Source: Thermoleophilia bacterium | GTDB taxonomy: Bacteria > Actinomycetota > Thermoleophilia > Gaiellales > Gaiellaceae | DNA: 64,000 nucleotides | Assembly: GCA_037139935.1 (NCBI GenBank) | Contig: JBAXFL010000010.1 | Location: forward strand, 330-64,329 | Direction: 5' to 3' | In this document: piece after piece, positions 55,667 through 64,000 of the stretch | Layout: the number at the start of each line of letters is the position of its first letter | How positions within the stretch are numbered: the first letter of the stretch is position 1 | Made by a program: the position numbers and the translations under genes | The notes under the pieces: generated by a model | The model's database searches: none | What the model was told of the DNA's origin: nothing | The model's input: the letters and a program-made list of their open reading frames with translations, nothing else

Positions 55667-56863
55667 CTAGCTGCCCTGCAGGATCTCCCGTGCTGCCCGG
55701 AGCCCGCTCGCGAGAGCGCCGTCCATCAGCGCCTGGCTTGCGCCGTGGGTGTGCTCGCCGCAGGCATGAAACGGCCCCACGGGATGCCATGCCGCGGCGC
55801 CGGGAACCTCACACGAGTACGCGGCCGCAATCCAGGGGTCGTCGTCCCAGACAACGAGCACGGCATCATCGGGCGAGAGAGCGAGATCGGGCCGGAGTGC
55901 CGCAAGAGAGGAGAGCCAGGTCGCCGCTCCGTCGGTGACCTCGAGACGGGCGAGAGCGGGCTTTGAGCCGGCGAATGCGTTGACGACCGGCTGTACGCCC
56001 GTGCCCCCGGTCGAAGTCCAGCTCCAGTATCGCTCGGGCACCGACAGCACGGCGCTCGTCGTCGCCCCCTCCCTGAGCGGCACGAAGAGCTTGGCCGCAT
56101 TGCCGTACCCGACTGCGGCGTAGGCTCCACAGAGCGGCTCGGGGAGCGGCGGGTCGAAGGTGATCCGGCCGACCACGCTCGCAGGTAGCGCGAGTACCAC
56201 CCGGTCAACGGTGAGCTCTGCTCCCCCGGCCGACACGACGGCGCCGCCGTCGCTCCAGGCAATGCGCTCCACGGGGCACGAGAGGTGGATCACCGATCCG
56301 AGCCCGGCGGCGAGCGCGAGCGCGACACGCTGATTCCCTCCGGCAACGCTCGGGCAGATATCGGCCGAGTGAGCAGCGATTCCGGCGAGCGCGCTCGCAT
56401 CGACGCGGTCGGCCGTTGACGCCGCTGATACCTCGAGCCGGGCTCTGATCGCCTCGCTTGCACCGGCGTCGAGTGGCAGGCTGTCGAGGAGCTCTGCGGC
56501 CGATGTGCCCGCCTCGATGTCGGCAAGCGCCTCGCCGATCTGCGTGATTGCGTCGTGCATCGAACCGGGACCGACGCCGATCCCGCCGCGCGGCTCCCGA
56601 TCGCCGTAGAGCATCCCCTTCTCCCAGAGCCCGAGCCCGAACCGATCGACGTAGGAGAGGATGGTGTCGTTGCCGGGGAGAATGAACTCTGCGCCCATCT
56701 CGACGACGGCGCCGTTCTCGAGCTCTCTCGACCAGACCCTGCCACCGACGCGGTCACGCGCCTCGAATACGGCCACGTCGGCACCCGCGGCAGCGAGAGC
56801 GTCGGCGGCAGCGAGACCGGCAAAGCCGGCACCCACGATCGCGACGCCCAGCGCCGCCGTCAA
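55667..56863 (-). CDS. FAD-dependent amine oxidase (flavin monoamine-oxidase family)
   Basis: 'VAIVGAGFAGLAAADALAAAGADVAVFEARDRVGGRV' dinucleotide-binding start. The C-terminus 'ACGEHT' is typical of amine oxidases. The TTG start overlaps the upstream stop. Confidence 0.8.
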   Translation of the reverse strand: MTAALGVAIVGAGFAGLAAADALAAAGADVAVFEARDRVGGRVWSRELENGAVVEMGAEFILPGNDTILSYVDRFGLGLWEKGMLYGDREPRGGIGVGPGSMHDAITQIGEALADIEAGTSAAELLDSLPLDAGASEAIRARLEVSAASTADRVDASALAGIAAHSADICPSVAGGNQRVALALAAGLGSVIHLSCPVERIAWSDGGAVVSAGGAELTVDRVVLALPASVVGRITFDPPLPEPLCGAYAAVGYGNAAKLFVPLREGATTSAVLSVPERYWSWTSTGGTGVQPVVNAFAGSKPALARLEVTDGAATWLSSLAALRPDLALSPDDAVLVVWDDDPWIAAAYSCEVPGAAAWHPVGPFHACGEHTHGASQALMDGALASGLRAAREILQGS

Positions 56864-57267
56864 CCGCCTGTCCCCGCTACCCCCGCTTGCGTGAAGGCCG
56901 CACGCTCCGCGTCGGTCAGTGGCCGCGGGCGCCCCGTTTCTCTGTTGCGTGCCACGAGGACTGCCTCGGCCTCGGCCGCGAGGTCGCCGTCGAGGGTGTG
57001 AATACCCTCGCGCAGCGTGATGCTCGACGTGCCAAGCTTCTCGACCGCGCAGCGGACGACGATGATGTCGTCGTCCTGGGTGAGCTCGCGGCGGTAGTCG
57101 ATCGCGAGGCGGGCGAGCACGTAGTCCCAGGCATCACCGATGTCGGCGAGCACCGTGTCAACGAACTCGTCACGGCACTCCTCGAGGTACGTCGCGTAGA
57201 CCGCGTTGTTGACGTGTCGGTAGGCGTCAACGTCGCGCCAGCGGATCTCGATCTGCTTCTCGTACAC
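56860..57267 (-). CDS. hotdog-fold acyl-CoA thioesterase (4HBT/YbgC-like)
   Basis: 'VYEKQIEIRWRDVDAYRHVNNAVYATYLEE' is typical of the family. Only the 3' ~135 codons of the 510-aa track ORF are coding. The start is GTG 57267, or at most GTG 57333. Confidence 0.7.
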   Translation of the reverse strand: MYEKQIEIRWRDVDAYRHVNNAVYATYLEECRDEFVDTVLADIGDAWDYVLARLAIDYRRELTQDDDIIVVRCAVEKLGTSSITLREGIHTLDGDLAAEAEAVLVARNRETGRPRPLTDAERAAFTQAGVAGTGG

Positions 57268-57324
57268 GCCCTGGATCGTAGCGGGCTTGACTTCCGGGTC
57301 AGGAACAGTCTGAATAGACGCTCG

Positions 57325-58638
57325 ATGGCCCACCCGAAAGACCAAAAAGGCCTCAGCCGGCGCCGTCTTCTGAAGGGCGCAGCAGGTGGGGCTCTCGGGA
57401 TAGGCGCGCTCGGCGTGCTCGCGGGTTGCGAGAACACGACGACGGCGATCGGCGCCTGCGATGCCGGCAGCACCTCCAACCTCGTCGTCCCGAAGCCGGG
57501 TGGGCCGGGAGGCCTGCCGCTCCCGCGCCCGGACAACGCAGTGACCTGGGCGATCACGAGCGACAACGAACCGATCGCGGACGGGCTGCCTGACGAGAAA
57601 GGTCCCCTCACGATCTTCAACTATGCAGATTACGTTGACCCTGCCCTCGTCAAGTCGTTCCAGAAGCTGACCGGCCGCAAGGTCGAGATCGCCACCTACA
57701 ACTCGTCCGACGAAGCAGTCGCAAAGTTGAAGTCGGGTGCGGTCGGCTTCGACATCGTGATGGGCCTCTCGGCAAGCTCGATCGTCAGCCTCGTCGCACA
57801 GCAACTCCTCCAGCCGCTCAACCACTCGTACCTCTCCAACTTCGAGAAGAATATCTGGCCGGAGCTGCAGGACCCGTTCTACGACCGCGGCAGCCGGTAT
57901 ACGGTGCCCTACGTCGTCTGGTCGGATGGGATCGGCTGGCGCAACGACAAGATCAAGACGGACATCGCAGCCATGGACGTTCCCTGGGACATCTTCTGGC
58001 AGTCTCAGCCGTACAGAGGCAAGGTCTCCGTGCTGGACGACGCGAGAGATGCTCTCTCGATGCCAATCCAGCGGGAGGCGATGCGGACGGGAAGCCGTCC
58101 CGACGTCAACACGGAGGACGAGAAGGTCGTCCAGAAGGCGGGCACGGATCTCGGCCAACTGGCAGGCATCTGCAACATCAAGGCGACGATCACCGACTAC
58201 CAGACGCTTCCGGAGGGCAAGTCCTGGCTCAACCAGTCGTGGTCGGGTGACCTTCTCGGGGCCGCGTTCTACTACATGCCAAAGGGCGTCCCGGCGAGCG
58301 TGCTCTCGTACTGGGGGCCCGACAGCGGTGGAATCGTTCAGAACGACTACTTCTGCATCGGCCGTACCGCAAAGAATCCCGCGCTTGCACACCGGTTCAT
58401 CGATTACATGCTCGACGCCAGGGTCGCCTACGACAACATGGTCAATTTCGTCGGCTATACACCGCCGCAGAACACGATCACTGCCGCATCCCTGCTCGAC
58501 AGCGGGCTGATTCCGAAGAGCCTCGTGCCCGCAGTCATCCGTCCCGACCAGTTTGCCTTCAACGAGCAGTTGCTGCAGCTCACGGTTCAGGGTCAGACCT
58601 ACTGGGACGAGGCCTGGTCGAAGTTCAAGGCCGGTTGA
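57325..58638 (+). CDS. polyamine (spermidine/putrescine-type) ABC transporter substrate-binding lipoprotein
   Basis: TAT-like 'SRRRLLKGAAG' plus lipobox 'VLAGC'. PotD/PotF-like body ('LTIFNYADYVDP...', 'YTVPYVVWSDGIGWRND'). Confidence 0.8.
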   Translation: MAHPKDQKGLSRRRLLKGAAGGALGIGALGVLAGCENTTTAIGACDAGSTSNLVVPKPGGPGGLPLPRPDNAVTWAITSDNEPIADGLPDEKGPLTIFNYADYVDPALVKSFQKLTGRKVEIATYNSSDEAVAKLKSGAVGFDIVMGLSASSIVSLVAQQLLQPLNHSYLSNFEKNIWPELQDPFYDRGSRYTVPYVVWSDGIGWRNDKIKTDIAAMDVPWDIFWQSQPYRGKVSVLDDARDALSMPIQREAMRTGSRPDVNTEDEKVVQKAGTDLGQLAGICNIKATITDYQTLPEGKSWLNQSWSGDLLGAAFYYMPKGVPASVLSYWGPDSGGIVQNDYFCIGRTAKNPALAHRFIDYMLDARVAYDNMVNFVGYTPPQNTITAASLLDSGLIPKSLVPAVIRPDQFAFNEQLLQLTVQGQTYWDEAWSKFKAG

Positions 58639-58641
58639 CGG

Positions 58642-59556
58642 ATGAGCTCGCGCTGGACATGGAGGGTGCTCTCACTCCCCGGGGTCGCGTGGCTGAGCGT
58701 CTTTTTCCTGATGGCGCTGTACGTCGTCGTCGCCGTCGCGTTCGGCAACCAGAACTCGCTCTCGGAGCCGGTGGCATTCTGGAATCCGCTCGACTGGAAC
58801 GTCGGGTACATGCTGGCCACCCTGCAGAACATCGTGCAGGGAGGCCCGTTTCTGACGGTCTTCATCCGGACATTCGTCTTCGTGGTCATTGCCCTCACGC
58901 TTGCGCTCCTCGTCGGCTACCCGGTCGCCTATTTCGCCGCACGACATGCGGGACGCTGGAAGGGGCTCGTACTCCTCCTCCTGATCCTTCCTTTCTGGAT
59001 CAACTACCTGATGCGGATGCTCGCGTGGATCAACCTGCTCTCGCCCGACGGCCTGGCGACGAGGTTCCTGAGCACGGTCGGGATCGAGCGACTCTTCATC
59101 TCGGTCAACCTTCTCTCGGCCAGAGGCGGGTGGCTCGAGGGGGAGCCGCTGACGGTGATCATCGCGCTCACCTACGGCTACCTCCCGTTCCTGATCCTGC
59201 CGCTCTACGCTTCGCTCGACCGGATCGACCAGCGCCAGATCGAGGCAGCCCGTGATCTCGGAGCAAGTCCTGCGAGCGCGTTCCGGAGAGTGTCGTTGCC
59301 ACTCTCGAGGCCGGGCATCCTGGCCGGACTGGTGCTGATCGCCCTGCCGATGTTCGGCGACTATTACACGCCCGATCTCGTCTCGTCCTCGACCAAGACG
59401 ACGATGATCGGGAACCAGATCGACCAGCTCACACGCCAGGGCTCCTCGAAGGTCGTGGGGGCCTGCCTGACGCTGATCCTCGCCGTCGCCCTGCTTGGAC
59501 TGATGTTCTACTACCTGCGGGCAACACGCAGCGCCGACGACCGGGTGCAGGACTGA
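58642..59556 (+). CDS. ABC transporter permease (PotB-like)
   Basis: 6-TM BPD-transporter protein with EAA loop 'EAARDLGASPASAFRRVSLPLSRPG'. Confidence 0.85.
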   Translation: MSSRWTWRVLSLPGVAWLSVFFLMALYVVVAVAFGNQNSLSEPVAFWNPLDWNVGYMLATLQNIVQGGPFLTVFIRTFVFVVIALTLALLVGYPVAYFAARHAGRWKGLVLLLLILPFWINYLMRMLAWINLLSPDGLATRFLSTVGIERLFISVNLLSARGGWLEGEPLTVIIALTYGYLPFLILPLYASLDRIDQRQIEAARDLGASPASAFRRVSLPLSRPGILAGLVLIALPMFGDYYTPDLVSSSTKTTMIGNQIDQLTRQGSSKVVGACLTLILAVALLGLMFYYLRATRSADDRVQD

Positions 59557-60407
59557 TGAACTGGCTGCGCAATCCGTGGGGCCGCCCTCGCCTCCTCGTC
59601 CTCGTCACGGGCTTCTACATCCTGTGGTCGCTGATCCCCGTCGGGCTTGCCGTGCTCTTCGCATTCAACAACGGCCGCTCGCGGACGACCTGGCAGGGCT
59701 TCTCGACCCGCTGGTTCACCGGGTCGACGGGAAGCGTCCTTCACGACCCGGCCCTGCAGGGCGCGCTTCGCCACACGCTGTTCCTCGGCATCGTCTGCGT
59801 CCTCGTTGCGACGCCGATCGGTGTTGCGCTCGCGCTCGGCCTGCAGCGCTGGCGCGGGCCGGGGGGTGGCAGTATCAACACGGTGATGCTGCTTCCGCTC
59901 GTCACCCCCGAGATCGTGATGGGCGTGGCGTTGCTCCTCCTCTTCCTTCAGGTGCTCCCCGGGGTAGGCCTTGGCTCGTCGGCGCAGGTCATCGGCCAGG
60001 TGACGTTCACGATCTCCTATGTCGTTGTGATCGTGCGCGGCCGGCTCGTCTCGATCGGCAAGGAGTACGAGGAGGCGGCGGCCGATCTCGGGGCGCCTCC
60101 GCACGACCAGCTGATCCGCGTCCTGTTGCCGCTCCTCGCACCGGCGATCATCGCGAGTGCGGCCGTCGTGTTCGCGATCTCGCTCGACGACTTCGTCGTC
60201 ACCCAGTACCTCTCCGGTGATGCGAGCACGACGACCGTTTCGATGCTGCTCTACGCATCGGCCCGCGCGGCACCCACGCCCGCCCTCAACGCGCTTGCGA
60301 CGATTGCGCTTCTGGTCACGCTCGCGACGCTCGGGCTTGCCTATCTCGTCTACAAGCGATTTGCCAGCAGCGACGATGCCGCCGTCATGGCCGGCCTGGA
60401 GGTATAA
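59556..60407 (+). CDS. ABC transporter permease (PotC-like)
   Basis: EAA loop 'EAAADLGAPPHDQLIRVLLPLLAPA'. Its start overlaps the upstream stop. Confidence 0.85.
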   Translation: MNWLRNPWGRPRLLVLVTGFYILWSLIPVGLAVLFAFNNGRSRTTWQGFSTRWFTGSTGSVLHDPALQGALRHTLFLGIVCVLVATPIGVALALGLQRWRGPGGGSINTVMLLPLVTPEIVMGVALLLLFLQVLPGVGLGSSAQVIGQVTFTISYVVVIVRGRLVSIGKEYEEAAADLGAPPHDQLIRVLLPLLAPAIIASAAVVFAISLDDFVVTQYLSGDASTTTVSMLLYASARAAPTPALNALATIALLVTLATLGLAYLVYKRFASSDDAAVMAGLEV

Positions 60408-60416
60408 GAGGCTCTG

Positions 60417-61490
60417 ATGCAGGGAGAGATCCACCTCGAGCAGTTGACGAAGATGTTCGGTGAGGTCGCCGCGGTTGACGGGATCGACCTCGACATGCCT
60501 GGCGGCGAGTTCTTCACGATGGTGGGGCCATCGGGCTGCGGGAAGACGACGACGTTGCGGATGATCGCCGGCTTCGAGCGTCCGACGAGCGGACGCATCG
60601 TGCTCGACGACGTGGACGTTGCCCAGGTGCCTCCCCACAAGCGCAAGGTCAACACGGTGTTCCAGAGCTACGCGCTCTTCCCCCATCTCAACGTGGCAGA
60701 CAACGTGGGCTTCGGCCTCAAGTACAAGAAGCTGACAAAGGAAGAGCATCGGAAGCGGGTGAACGAGGCGCTCGACCTCGTTCAGCTCGGCGAGTACGGC
60801 AAGCGCAAGCCAAACCAGCTCTCGGGCGGGCAGCAGCAGCGCGTAGCGCTCGCGCGGGCTCTCGTTCTGACTCCCGAGGTGCTCCTTCTCGACGAGCCGC
60901 TCGGGGCGCTCGATGCCCGGCTCCGCAAGGAGCTCCAGGTGGAGCTCAAGACGCTTCAGGCCAACCTCGGGATCACGTTCGTGTTCGTCACGCATGACCA
61001 GGAGGAGGCGCTGACGATGAGCGACCGTGTGGCCGTCATGAACGGCGGCCACGTCGAGCAGGTCGGCGTGCCACGCGAGATGTACGAGGAGCCTGCAACG
61101 CTCTTCGTCGCCGACTTCCTCGGCGTCTCCAACCTGATCCCTGCCGTTGCGTCGGCGGAGAATGGGGGCTGCGCGCTCCGCATCGGTGATCGCACCCTGC
61201 GGGCCTCGGCGGGGGCGACGGATGTTCGTGGGGATGTGAAGGCGATGATCCGCCCGGAGCGTATCGTCGTCGAGCCGCAGGGAACGGTCGGCGACAACCG
61301 CCTCCCCGGCATGGTCGAGCGGGCGGTGTACGTGGGCTCCGCGCACGAGCTTCATGTCCGGCTCGTCGGCGGCGGACTTCTCAGGGCGCTGATCTCGAAC
61401 GACGGGTCGGCGTTTGCCTACGAGAACGGCACCCCGGTGATGCTGTACCTGCCGGCGGAGGCAGTGCGGGTTCTTGCACCGTCGGTCTGA
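60417..61490 (+). CDS. ABC transporter ATP-binding protein (PotA-like)
   Basis: Walker A 'GPSGCGKTT', '[15 protein letters not shown]' and '[11 protein letters not shown]', plus a C-terminal TOBE-like domain. Confidence 0.9.
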   Translation: MQGEIHLEQLTKMFGEVAAVDGIDLDMPGGEFFTMVGPSGCGKTTTLRMIAGFERPTSGRIVLDDVDVAQVPPHKRKVNTVFQSYALFPHLNVADNVGFGLKYKKLTKEEHRKRVNEALDLVQLGEYGKRKPNQLSGGQQQRVALARALVLTPEVLLLDEPLGALDARLRKELQVELKTLQANLGITFVFVTHDQEEALTMSDRVAVMNGGHVEQVGVPREMYEEPATLFVADFLGVSNLIPAVASAENGGCALRIGDRTLRASAGATDVRGDVKAMIRPERIVVEPQGTVGDNRLPGMVERAVYVGSAHELHVRLVGGGLLRALISNDGSAFAYENGTPVMLYLPAEAVRVLAPSV

Positions 61491-61523
61491 GGATCGACCC
61501 GTTCGTGGTGCTACGGCCTCGCG

Positions 61524-62132
61524 TCAGGCGCTGACGGGCTCGTCGAGCTCGCGGACGATTGCGCTGAGCAGAAGCTCGCCGATGCGCTTGCTTTCGATCA
61601 GGCCGAGGTAGAGAAGCGAGTCGAGGCCGTCCCCGACGGCGACAAGACGCCACCCGGCCGCTGTTGCCTCGACGGCGGTGGCGATCGACCCGTCAGTGCG
61701 TCCCTCCTCGATCAGACCGACGATCCGGCCGATCGACTCGCGGTACGAGAGCTCGACGAGCGGCCGTAGCTCGTCGTCGGAACGCAGGCTGCTCCACACC
61801 TCGTTCCACAGCACGCGCTGCTCGTTGAAGGGGAGGTCGGGCTCGACACCGGCGAGCAAGATGCGCTCGACCTTCTCGCGGCCCGTCGTCGCCCCCGCAA
61901 GCTCGGCCTCGACGGCGGTGTGCCAGCGTTGCACCGAGAAGGCAAAGGCGTTGTGCATCAGCTCCTGGCGCGTCGAGAAGTAGTAGTGGACAAGCGCCTT
62001 CGATACCCCGGCCTCCTTCGCGACACCCGCCATCCGCAGCCCGTGGGCACCTTCGCGCACGATCACCCGGCAGGCTGCCTCGAGGATGCTGGTGGTGCGT
62101 TTGTTCGGAGGATGGATGGTGGCGGGCGTCAT
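61524..62132 (-). CDS. TetR/AcrR family transcriptional regulator
   Basis: The ATG at 62132 starts 'MTPATIH...ILEAACRVIVREGAHGLRMAGVAKEAGVSKALVHYYFSTRQEL'. The upstream 53 codons of the track ORF cross the operator region. Confidence 0.88.
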   Translation of the reverse strand: MTPATIHPPNKRTTSILEAACRVIVREGAHGLRMAGVAKEAGVSKALVHYYFSTRQELMHNAFAFSVQRWHTAVEAELAGATTGREKVERILLAGVEPDLPFNEQRVLWNEVWSSLRSDDELRPLVELSYRESIGRIVGLIEEGRTDGSIATAVEATAAGWRLVAVGDGLDSLLYLGLIESKRIGELLLSAIVRELDEPVSA

Positions 62133-62171
62133 TGCTCGACTATCTTGACTGATTCGGTCGGTGTCTGTATC

Positions 62172-62191
62172 CTGACTGACTAGACAGTCAG
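62172..62191. promoter_or_regulatory. imperfect 20-bp palindrome, candidate TetR operator
   Basis: CTGACTGaCTAGaCAGTCAG has one symmetric mismatch pair. It ends 2 nt before the ATG of the divergent Rieske gene, and a TTGACT hexamer lies at 62145-62150. Confidence 0.5.
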
Positions 62192-62193
62192 CC

Positions 62194-63312
62194 ATGACGA
62201 TCTCTCCCGACGCACGCACCCGCTCGATCCCGCCCCTCGAGCATTCACTCGAAGACGGCTGGACGCTGCCCGCCTCCTGGTACTCCGACACCGCGGTGGC
62301 CGAGCGGGAGCGCGAGCTGATCTTCGCACGGTCGTGGCAGTACGGCGGCCCGGCGGAGCACGTAGCGAAGCCCGGCTCCTACATGGCGACGCAGGCGGGC
62401 CACATCCCGCTCGTCGTCACGCGCAGCCGTGACGGTGAGCTGCGGGCATTCGTCAATGTCTGTCGCCATCGCGCCTACCTGATCGCCCGCGACCACGGCT
62501 GTCGTGAGACCCTCCAGTGCCCGTACCACGCGTGGACATACGACCTCGACGGGTCGCTCAAGCGCGTCCCCCGCTCCGAGCGCGAGGAGGGTTTCAACCC
62601 TGCCGACTTCTCGCTGCTGCCGGCCTCGGTCGATACCTGGGGGCCGTTCCTGTTTGTCAATCCCGATCCCGATGCGGCTCCGCTCGCGGAGACGCTCGGC
62701 GCCCTCCCCGACATCGTCACCGGTAGCGGCCTCGATCTCTCTACGCTCCGGCTCCACTCGGAGGGTACGTGGCCGATCGAGGCGAACTGGAAGATTGCAC
62801 TCGAGAACTACCTCGAGTGCTACCACTGCCCGGCGGCTCACCCCGGTTTCAGCAAGGTGATCAACGTTGACCCCGACGCCTATGCCCTCTCTGTTTCGCC
62901 GACGTTCTCGAGCCAGATCGGCCCGGTTCGAGCCGCTGCCTTGAACGGCACGAACAGTGCACCGTACGTCCCCGTCGGGGAGATCGCGAGCTCGCAGTAC
63001 CACTTCCTCTGGCCCAACACGACGGTCAATATCGTGCCGGGCCCGCAGAACATCTCGCTCGAACGCTGGCTGCCGGACGGCACCGGCAGAACGATCGAGA
63101 TGACGGATTACTGGTTCGGCGCCGATGTCCCGCCCGAGATCGTGCAGGAGGTGATCGAGTTCGACATGCAGGTCGGTCAGGAGGACACGGATCTCGTCGT
63201 CACGGTGCAGGCCGGGGTCAACTCGGGAACCGTGCCGCAGGGGCGCCTGATGCGGGAGAGCGAGCAGCTCATTGCCGACTTCCAGCGTCGCCTCTACGAC
63301 GCGATCGCCTAG
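62194..63312 (+). CDS. Rieske [2Fe-2S] non-heme-iron oxygenase alpha subunit (paralog B)
   Basis: 'CRHRAYLIARDHGCRETLQCPYHAWTYDLDG' and 'NYLECYHCPAAHP'. Confidence 0.85.
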   Translation: MTISPDARTRSIPPLEHSLEDGWTLPASWYSDTAVAERERELIFARSWQYGGPAEHVAKPGSYMATQAGHIPLVVTRSRDGELRAFVNVCRHRAYLIARDHGCRETLQCPYHAWTYDLDGSLKRVPRSEREEGFNPADFSLLPASVDTWGPFLFVNPDPDAAPLAETLGALPDIVTGSGLDLSTLRLHSEGTWPIEANWKIALENYLECYHCPAAHPGFSKVINVDPDAYALSVSPTFSSQIGPVRAAALNGTNSAPYVPVGEIASSQYHFLWPNTTVNIVPGPQNISLERWLPDGTGRTIEMTDYWFGADVPPEIVQEVIEFDMQVGQEDTDLVVTVQAGVNSGTVPQGRLMRESEQLIADFQRRLYDAIA

Positions 63313-63385
63313 CTCTGTTTCCTGTTCGCTGGCAGCGCCGAGTGCGCTAAGGTCGGGTGCCACCGGGGCCGCGGAAGGAGACTGC

Positions 63386-64000
63386 ATGACAGCCATGGCG
63401 GAGATCGAGTCGAGGTTCCATTTCTCGCGTGAGATGCTCGCAGGGCCGATCTACAGGAAGTACGAGAAGGCGATGCGCAAGGCCTGGAGCGTGGACGACC
63501 TCGATTTCACCCGGGACGCGCTCGACTGGCAGCGGATCACGCCGGAGCAGCAGAAGGGGCTGCTCGGGGTGACGATCCGCTTCCTTGCCGGGGAGCAGGC
63601 CGTCACCGACGAGCTCGTGCCGATGCTTGCCGCAGCGCACGCCCTGCGCAGGTTCGACTGGACGATATTCCTCTCGACGTTTCTCGTCGAAGAGGCGAGG
63701 CACGCGGAGTTCTTCATGCGCTGGCACGAGCACGTTGTCGGGATCCTCGACCCGAAAGAGGTTGCACCGCACTTCCTCGTGCGGGGCAAGACCATCGATC
63801 CGACGGGGCGCTTCGAGGTGCGCGACGTGATGCACGAGGCTCTCCCGTACTACGGCGGCAAGCTGCTCGAGGCTTGCGCAGGGGGCACCGAGGCAGAGAT
63901 CGAGCGCGCGTTCGTGCAGTTCTCGGCCACCTACAACGGATTTGTCGAGGGCGTCCTGACGATGCCGTCGTACGAGATCGTGATCGACACGACGGCGCAG
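63386..64000 (+). CDS. ferritin-like di-metal protein, R2-like ligand-binding oxidase / RNR-beta family, 3' partial
   Basis: A GGAAGGAG RBS lies before the ATG at 63386. I translated this frame manually because it is absent from the track (it runs off the window). It reads 'WSVDDLDFTRDALDW...IRFLAGEQAVTDELVPM...FLVEEARHAEFF', matching the R2lox/R2 metal-site helices. Confidence 0.7.
   Translation, partial: MTAMAEIESRFHFSREMLAGPIYRKYEKAMRKAWSVDDLDFTRDALDWQRITPEQQKGLLGVTIRFLAGEQAVTDELVPMLAAAHALRRFDWTIFLSTFLVEEARHAEFFMRWHEHVVGILDPKEVAPHFLVRGKTIDPTGRFEVRDVMHEALPYYGGKLLEACAGGTEAEIERAFVQFSATYNGFVEGVLTMPSYEIVIDTTAQ

Noticed and set aside
56860-58392. 510-aa minus-strand ORF
   Set aside because: Most of it is antisense to the PotD-like gene and has low-complexity Arg/Asp/Val composition. 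Only the last ~135 codons (hotdog thioesterase) look genuine.
59511-61355. 614-aa minus-strand ORF
   Set aside because: It is antisense to the ABC permease and ATPase genes, with Arg/His/Glu-rich composition and no motifs.

Overview
GC-rich chromosomal segment that looks actinobacterial: GGAGG-type RBSs, many GTG/TTG starts, frequent 4-bp ATGA/GTGA/TTGA gene overlaps, and ppk-nudix-pst synteny. I call about 58 protein-coding genes. I saw no rRNA, tRNA, CRISPR array, transposase, integrase or phage genes. Most long antisense ORFs in the track are GC-content artefacts. The dominant theme is phosphate handling, spread over about 25 kb: a PhoP-like regulator, a soluble PAS histidine kinase followed by pstB-phoU, a separate pstSCA unit, mgsA, an arsR-gapdh-arsJ arsenate module, pit-DUF47, a CYTH/CHAD protein, a NUDIX hydrolase, ppx and ppk1. 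A 6.5-kb pair of genes for very large secreted proteins interrupts this cluster: a 1354-aa multidomain S8 peptidase and an 816-aa serine-hydrolase/Ig-like protein. The remaining genes are housekeeping (argG, proC, selD, ctaA, ettA, typA), two MarR/TetR-controlled units, a polyamine-type ABC transporter with amine oxidase and acyl-CoA genes, and two paralogous Rieske oxygenases. I do not see a convincing defence or mobile system. The candidates most worth follow-up are listed here. (1) An 11-bp-phased direct-repeat motif (nTTnACC) lies at three Pho-type promoters. (2) A two-component operon is flanked on both sides by secreted proteins with internally duplicated beta-rich domains, one carrying a 9-bp x6 in-frame microsatellite at its 5' end. 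(3) Two small paralogous genes of unknown family sit in tandem behind a MarR-MFS unit. (4) A 100% identical 255-bp-period tandem duplication lies inside the S8 peptidase gene. (5) A cation/proton antiporter gene has no canonical start codon for its first TM helix. All family assignments are by eye from motifs, with no database search run.
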